64,000 nt of DNA from Clostridia bacterium (GTDB lineage: Bacteria > Bacillota > Clostridia > TANB77 > CAG-508). Below the pieces are notes generated by a model. The model worked only from the letters and a program-made list of their open reading frames with translations. It made no database searches and was not told where the DNA came from. The stretch spans positions 9,335 to 73,334 of the forward strand of contig JAFWIH010000020.1 in NCBI GenBank assembly GCA_017533795.1. The letters are read 5' to 3'. The translations under genes and the position numbers were made by a program. This document shows positions 58,792-64,000 of the stretch, piece by piece (the first letter of the stretch is position 1; the number at the start of each line of letters is the position of its first letter).

Positions 58792-60372
58792 TTATTGCAT
58801 ACAATTTTTAATATAATTAATTTCTTCTTCTGCATCAAGCCTCATAAATAATGGCTCTCCTTTTTCTATAACTTTAATATTTTGTAGTATCTTATAATTT
58901 TCTAAACTATTCCAATTTTTTTGATTTTCTTCTTTTATACCTATTTGTCTAAAAATATCTTCTGCAGTATCTGGCATAAACGGTGTTAATAATATTGCTA
59001 TTTGCCTTAAATTTTCTATTAAATGATATATACATGATGATAGTTTTTCTATATTTTCTTCTTTTGCTAGTGACCAAGGCATCGTTTCGTCAATATACTT
59101 GTTTGTTCTAGAAATTAGTGTCCATATTTCTGTTAAAGCATTTGCTATTTCTATGTTTAACATCTTTTCATCTACTGCCTTAATTTGTTTTTTAGTAAAT
59201 TCTTCTAGTTCATTGTCTACTTCATTTGGTGTTCCATTATATTCAGGCACTATCCCATCGAAATATTTATTAACCATAGATACTGTTCTGTTAAGTAAGT
59301 TTCCTAAATCATTGCATAAATCATAATTAAATCTTTCTACAAATTCTTCTGGAGTAAATAAGCCATCCTGAGTATATGGTATTTCTTTAAGTAAAAAGTA
59401 TCTTGTTGCATCTAATCCATATCTTTCTATTAATGCTTCAGGATATATAACATTACCCTTTGATTTGCTCATTTTTCCATCTTTCATCATAATATGATTA
59501 TGCACATAAATTTGTTTAGGTAGTGGTAAATCTAATGCCATTAAAAATATTGGCCAATATATAAGATGAAATCTTGCTATATCTTTTCCTATAACATGTA
59601 AACTTGCTGGCCAGTATTTTTTAAACATTTCCTTTTCCTCATTTGGATATCCTAATGCTGTTATATAGTTTGTTAAAGCGTCTAACCATACATATACAAC
59701 ATGTTTTGGATCTTTTAATACTTTTACTCCCCAATCAAATGTGGTACGGCTTACGCATAAATCCTCTAATCCAGGTTTTATAAAATTGTTAATCATCTCT
59801 GTTTTTCTATATTCCGGTTTTATAAAGTCTGGATGTTCATCATAATATTTAAGCAATCTATCTGCATATTTTTTCATATTAAAGAAATATGCTTCTTCTT
59901 TCATAGGTACAACTTCTCTACCACATTCTGGGCATTTTCCATCAACTAATTGTGTTGGTGTATAATATGTTTCACAAGGCATACAATATAGCCCCTCATA
60001 TTCACCTTTATAAATATCACCTTGTTCCATTAATCTATCAAATATTATTTGAACAGCTTCTTCATGTAAAGGATTTGTTGTTCTCATAAAATAATCATAA
60101 TCTATATGCATTTTTTTCCATAATACTTTTGCATCTTCTGCTATTTTATCAACATATTCTTGTGGCGTTTTCCCCGCTTCTTCTGCCTTTGTTTGTATCT
60201 TTTGACCATGCTCGTCCATTCCTGTAAGCATATAAGCATCATAGCCTTGTAATTTCTTATATCTTTTTATTGCATCTACTACTGTTGTTGTATATGCTGT
60301 TCCTAAATGAAATTTCCCACTTGGATAGTATATTGGTGTTGTTACATAAAATGGTTCTTTCATATTATGCAT
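58792..60372 (-). CDS. metG: Methionine--tRNA ligase, short form without the C-terminal tRNA-binding domain.
   Basis: YVTTPIYYPSGKFHLGTAYTTTVVDAIKRYKKLQGYD (HIGH-like HLGT), KMSKSKGN, and the zinc knuckle CPECG. Confidence 0.9.
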   Translation of the reverse strand: MHNMKEPFYVTTPIYYPSGKFHLGTAYTTTVVDAIKRYKKLQGYDAYMLTGMDEHGQKIQTKAEEAGKTPQEYVDKIAEDAKVLWKKMHIDYDYFMRTTNPLHEEAVQIIFDRLMEQGDIYKGEYEGLYCMPCETYYTPTQLVDGKCPECGREVVPMKEEAYFFNMKKYADRLLKYYDEHPDFIKPEYRKTEMINNFIKPGLEDLCVSRTTFDWGVKVLKDPKHVVYVWLDALTNYITALGYPNEEKEMFKKYWPASLHVIGKDIARFHLIYWPIFLMALDLPLPKQIYVHNHIMMKDGKMSKSKGNVIYPEALIERYGLDATRYFLLKEIPYTQDGLFTPEEFVERFNYDLCNDLGNLLNRTVSMVNKYFDGIVPEYNGTPNEVDNELEEFTKKQIKAVDEKMLNIEIANALTEIWTLISRTNKYIDETMPWSLAKEENIEKLSSCIYHLIENLRQIAILLTPFMPDTAEDIFRQIGIKEENQKNWNSLENYKILQNIKVIEKGEPLFMRLDAEEEINYIKNCMQ

Positions 60373-60485
60373 CTCCTTTTTTATTTTTTATACTATTATT
60401 GACATTTTAACATAAATATATTATCACAAATTCGCTTTATTGTCTATGAAACATAAAAAATAATCTCACTAAAATGTAAGATTAT

Positions 60486-60525
60486 ACTAAAAAAGTAAGT
60501 CGCCCTCTCAATGAGTGAGCGACTT
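60486..60525 (-). terminator. Rho-independent terminator downstream of the small GC-rich gene.
   Basis: Stem aagtcgc...gcgactt with an imperfect interior, followed on the minus strand by TTTTTT. Confidence 0.5.
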
Positions 60526-60542
60526 ATTTTGCTAAAGGAAGG

Positions 60543-60785
60543 TTACCACTTAATTAGTTGTCCGTGCTGGACATACATCCCTTCGTTAGAAAAGGTGCAC
60601 CGAACCAATAAGGTTTCGTCTCCAAATTGTAGTGCAAATACAGTATAACTAAAGCACTTTCTTGCACCATCGACAGGTGCAAAATTTAAGCAATCTTCGA
60701 GGCTAAGCATAGCCCCAAACTCAGGGTTCAATAGATATCTATTGCAATAGTTCCTAAGCTGTTTTGCTTCCTCTAACCCGATCAT
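60543..60785 (-). CDS. Small (80 aa) Cys-containing hypothetical protein encoded in a local GC-rich patch.
   Basis: Start reassigned from the ORF-track TTG (60827) to ATG 60785-60783 because of a perfect AAAGGAGGAACA-ATG. MIGLEEAKQLRNYCNRYLLNPEFGAMLSLEDCLNFAPVDGARKCFSYTVFALQFGDETLLVRCTFSNEGMYVQHGQLIKW. ~43% GC versus ~26% background. Confidence 0.5.
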   Translation of the reverse strand: MIGLEEAKQLRNYCNRYLLNPEFGAMLSLEDCLNFAPVDGARKCFSYTVFALQFGDETLLVRCTFSNEGMYVQHGQLIKW

Positions 60786-60900
60786 TGTTCCTCCTTTAAA
60801 AATCTTTACTGCTAGATGCCTTACCAAGGTGAAAAGGAGTTAAACTAATCACCTATTTAAATTATAACATATTTTATATTAAATTTCAATTTTCACAATT

Positions 60901-62865
60901 TTACCAGTCAAATTCTGGATAACCACTCGTGCCTTGTTTCCATGAAGATATTGTATATCCTGATAAATCATAATCTGCTAAATTTATACTATTTTTATTA
61001 CTGTTTAATGTCTCTACAAATGTTGGATTTAATGTTTGGTCTGTCATCTGTACTTGACTCATTTGTGTTGAAGGATCTGGCGTTAAATCTGCTATACCAA
61101 TTGACACATTGTTTAAGTAATAAGTATTTTTTATATTAAATGTATTTCCAGAAGAATATCTAGTAATTCCTACTTTTGTTGTTCCATCCAACGTTCCCTT
61201 ATTATAACAATTATCTATTTTTATTGTTGCACTGGCTGGTGTCTGCAGAATTCCAGCAACTGTACTATTTGATGTTTGCTTAACATTTCCTTGATTGTAA
61301 CAATTTACTACATATGCTTTACCACCATTAGCACTTCTAATCATTCCACTAGCATAGGTATCCGCATTAATATATCCTGTATTATAACAGTTTAATAAAT
61401 AGATATTATCATACCATGCCATATCTACAATTCCAGCTCCTTGTGGATTATATGATGAAGATGAGCTAGTAAGATTTAGGCATTCAACATCTCCAGTATT
61501 ATAAGAATTAATAATTTTTACATCTTGAATATCTGTATTACTTCCAAATGCTATTCCTAGTATTCCCCCAACTCTATTTCCCTGAGTTATTTTTCCTGTA
61601 TTATAGCATTTAAGTATAGTTCCTCCTTTTAAATATCCTACTATTCCTCCATTACAAATAGTAGATGAAGCACTAGTTGCCTGTGAAGTTATTTTTCCTG
61701 TATTATAACAGTTAGTTATAGTTGCTTGATTTTGAGCTCCACCCATGCCTCCTAGATATGCTGGTGATGCTAATTGTATACTTGTTACATCAGCTGTATT
61801 ATAACAATCCGATATAGTTGCTGTTCCGTTGTTATGGCCAATTAAACCACCTATATATTTTCCACCGGTTATATTTCCTATATTATATGATTTAGATATT
61901 GTAGTTATATTCGCTACAGCATTGTCTCTTCCAAGTATTCCACCTGCATTTTCTCCTCCTATGTTATTTATAATATTTCCTGCATTATAACTATTCTCAA
62001 TATTTGCTGTACTGCTTGAAAAACCAATTAATCCTCCTGTATTATTTCCTCCACTAATATTTCCCTCATTATAGCTATTATTAAGATTAAGTACCCCATT
62101 TACACAACCAACCACTCCGCCAATAGAATAATTAGGTACTGTAGATGTTATATTAGATTTATTATAGCAATTATTAATGTTTACAGTTTTACTTGAATTA
62201 GCAATTGCTACTATTCCACCAATATTTGCTTTTTTATTAGTGGTTAAATTCCCAGAAATACCTAGGTTCTGAATTGTACTATTACCTGCATTGACAAATA
62301 AACCTATGCTTATATCTGAAATATTATTATAAATATACAAATTTCTTATCTCATGGTCATCACCTAAAAAGGTACCATGAAAAGCATTTGCACTATTCTT
62401 TGCTATACATGGAAACCCGTTTCCAGTAGTAAGCTCTGTTTTTAGTGATTCTACTGCTCCATTTCCATTCAAATCCCCAAAGTCTGTTCTATCTGCTTTT
62501 GCATAAGAATAATCTTGTTTAAAATCCAAATCATTCATAAGTTCTACATACTTTCCATCAAAAGTGTCACCACTATTACTTTTTATGGAAAAAGTAATTA
62601 AATCTTCTATTTTATAGATTTTATATGAGTCCTGCTGTGTTCCACTCCCAATAAGCCATTCTCTGGTTTTTGTTGCATTATTGTATAATTGTAATAAAGT
62701 ATCATTATCTAAGTTTTGTTCATAACTAGCCTTAATTCTTTCTATTTCTTCATTCTGTCCTTGCAATTTGCTGCTAGCAGATACATAAGCAGTCATAGCA
62801 ATTATTAAAAAGAAAACCATAGCTACAAGTACAAATAGTGTAACAGAGCCTCTTTCACTTTTCAT
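60901..62865 (-). CDS. Secreted/surface protein with tandem GLUG-motif repeats and a prepilin-like N-terminal hydrophobic segment lacking Glu5.
   Basis: MKSERGSVTLFVLVAMVFFLIIAMTAY. Repeated ...N.GNI.GG...GGLIG... units (~25 aa) resemble GLUG repeats of IgA-protease-like adhesins. Confidence 0.6.
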   Translation of the reverse strand: MKSERGSVTLFVLVAMVFFLIIAMTAYVSASSKLQGQNEEIERIKASYEQNLDNDTLLQLYNNATKTREWLIGSGTQQDSYKIYKIEDLITFSIKSNSGDTFDGKYVELMNDLDFKQDYSYAKADRTDFGDLNGNGAVESLKTELTTGNGFPCIAKNSANAFHGTFLGDDHEIRNLYIYNNISDISIGLFVNAGNSTIQNLGISGNLTTNKKANIGGIVAIANSSKTVNINNCYNKSNITSTVPNYSIGGVVGCVNGVLNLNNSYNEGNISGGNNTGGLIGFSSSTANIENSYNAGNIINNIGGENAGGILGRDNAVANITTISKSYNIGNITGGKYIGGLIGHNNGTATISDCYNTADVTSIQLASPAYLGGMGGAQNQATITNCYNTGKITSQATSASSTICNGGIVGYLKGGTILKCYNTGKITQGNRVGGILGIAFGSNTDIQDVKIINSYNTGDVECLNLTSSSSSYNPQGAGIVDMAWYDNIYLLNCYNTGYINADTYASGMIRSANGGKAYVVNCYNQGNVKQTSNSTVAGILQTPASATIKIDNCYNKGTLDGTTKVGITRYSSGNTFNIKNTYYLNNVSIGIADLTPDPSTQMSQVQMTDQTLNPTFVETLNSNKNSINLADYDLSGYTISSWKQGTSGYPEFDW

Positions 62866-62878
62866 TTGTTTACTCCTC

Positions 62879-64000
62879 CTATTCTTTTATTGTGTTGATT
62901 TTGAATAGTTTAAATATTTCTACTACAATAATCGGTGTTAATACTAATAATATAATTTCTAGTATATTTCCTGCAGGTAATACAGGTATACTAAATACTT
63001 CTCTTAAAACTGGTATAAATAGTATTACAAACATAAATCCTGCAGAAGCTAAAGCCGCCCATAGTAATTTAGTATTATTTAATAATCCACCCTTAAATAT
63101 TGAATTTTTGTTATCTCTTACATTGAATATGTGTACAAGTTCAGCAAATGATAATACTATAAATGCCATTGTTTGCCCAACTTCTATCTTAGTTTGGTCT
63201 AGACTTAATCCTTCGAAAGCTTCCGTTGTTGTAGTAATTCCTATTAAAAATGCAGCTATAGTAACAATACCAATTACAATTCCTTGATATATCATTCTGT
63301 ATGTCATTCCAACCGTAAATACACCTTTTTTAGGGTCTATTGGTTTCTTTTTCATTATGTCTCTGTTTGCTGGGTCAAATGATAATGCTAATGCAGGTAA
63401 TGAGTCAGTAACTAGATTTATCCATAATATTTGAATTGGAAGCAGTATTTCAACCATTGTTACATCAGCTATTCCAAATAATTTTGCAATTATAGGTGCT
63501 CCAACTGTTGCAACAAATAGTGCAACAATTTCTCCAACATTGGTTGATAGTAGATAAAGAATTACCTTTATAATATTGTCATATATACGTCTACCTTCTT
63601 CTACTGCTGAAACTATTGTAGTAAAATTATCATCTGTTAAAATAACGTCTGCAGCTTCTTTCGAAACATCAGTACCAACAATTCCCATTGCACAGCCAAT
63701 ATCTGACGTTTTTAATGCAGGGCTATCATTTACGCCATCGCCTGTCATTGCAACTACAGCATCATTTTTTTGCCAAGCCTTTACAATACGAACTTTATGT
63801 TCTGGAGAAACCCTTGCATATACAGAATAGTTCTTAACATTTTTTTCTAAGTCTTCGTCTGACATTTTTTCTAGCATCTCACCTGTAATTGCTTCGTCTT
63901 CGTTTTCAAGTATTCCTAAGCTTTTAGCTATAGCTGCTGCAGTAATTTTGTGGTCTCCAGTAATCATTACAGTTTTTATTCCAGCTTCTTTACATCTTTT
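62879..64000 (-). CDS. P-type cation-transporting ATPase (Ca2+-ATPase-like), C-terminal portion only. The N-terminus lies beyond the window end.
   Basis: MITGDHKITAAAIAKSLGI and VAMTGDGVNDSPALKTSDIGCAMG hinge motif (P-type ATPase GDGxNDxP), then C-terminal TM helices M7-M10. Confidence 0.8.
   Translation of the reverse strand, partial: KRCKEAGIKTVMITGDHKITAAAIAKSLGILENEDEAITGEMLEKMSDEDLEKNVKNYSVYARVSPEHKVRIVKAWQKNDAVVAMTGDGVNDSPALKTSDIGCAMGIVGTDVSKEAADVILTDDNFTTIVSAVEEGRRIYDNIIKVILYLLSTNVGEIVALFVATVGAPIIAKLFGIADVTMVEILLPIQILWINLVTDSLPALALSFDPANRDIMKKKPIDPKKGVFTVGMTYRMIYQGIVIGIVTIAAFLIGITTTTEAFEGLSLDQTKIEVGQTMAFIVLSFAELVHIFNVRDNKNSIFKGGLLNNTKLLWAALASAGFMFVILFIPVLREVFSIPVLPAGNILEIILLVLTPIIVVEIFKLFKINTIKE

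Noticed and set aside
60373-60542. Looked for a T-box leader upstream of metG, as is common in Firmicutes.
   Set aside because: Only ~110 nt separate the upstream terminator from the metG start. No GGTGGTACCGCG-like T-box sequence is present on the minus strand.
60530-60840. Considered whether the GC-rich patch is a structured ncRNA (tmRNA, SRP RNA, RNase P, 6S), as GC islands in AT-rich genomes often are.
   Set aside because: I found no tmRNA 3' tRNA-like end (GGTTCGATTCC...CCA) and no SRP domain-IV GGAAGCAGCCA (the nearest is GGAAGCAAAACAGC on the minus strand). There is a perfect SD-ATG and an uninterrupted 80-codon frame with its own terminator, so a protein gene is favoured.

Overview
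AT-rich (~25-28% GC) Firmicutes/Clostridia-like chromosomal segment, almost entirely transcribed on the minus strand. No rRNA, tRNA, CRISPR array or transposase/integrase gene is visible. The window has three parts. (1) 1-17.4 kb: a cell-envelope glycopolymer locus. It holds two GtrB-like GT2 enzymes, each next to a large polytopic membrane protein (one YfhO-like, one GT-C-like), several further GT2/GT4 enzymes and a Wzm/Wzt- or TagG/TagH-type ABC exporter. It ends with uppP and an orphan dpaA. (2) 18.8-43.6 kb: a ~25 kb accessory island and the most unusual content. It carries four paralogous SipW-type (archaeal/ER-type) signal peptidases and at least eight putative cognate secreted proteins. 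These include a 3053-aa beta-helical giant protein and a family of small TasA/camelysin-like paralogs, one of them frameshifted. A cytoplasmic three-gene module sits in the same operon and includes a membrane-anchored McrB-family AAA+ GTPase-like protein. I interpret this as a candidate dedicated, previously undescribed fibre/surface-protein processing and assembly system. (3) 43.7-64 kb: housekeeping genes (sleB-like, holA, glycogen debranching enzyme, an atypical membrane-anchored YvcK/CofD-like protein, murB, a pilin-like protein, an SPFH protein, T-box-controlled type-2 ileS, metG, a GLUG-repeat surface protein and a partial P-type ATPase). Two long, GC-rich, perfect palindromes of one sequence family lie exactly at convergent gene junctions (20.3 kb and 52.8 kb). 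All functional calls come from motif recognition by eye; no database search was run.
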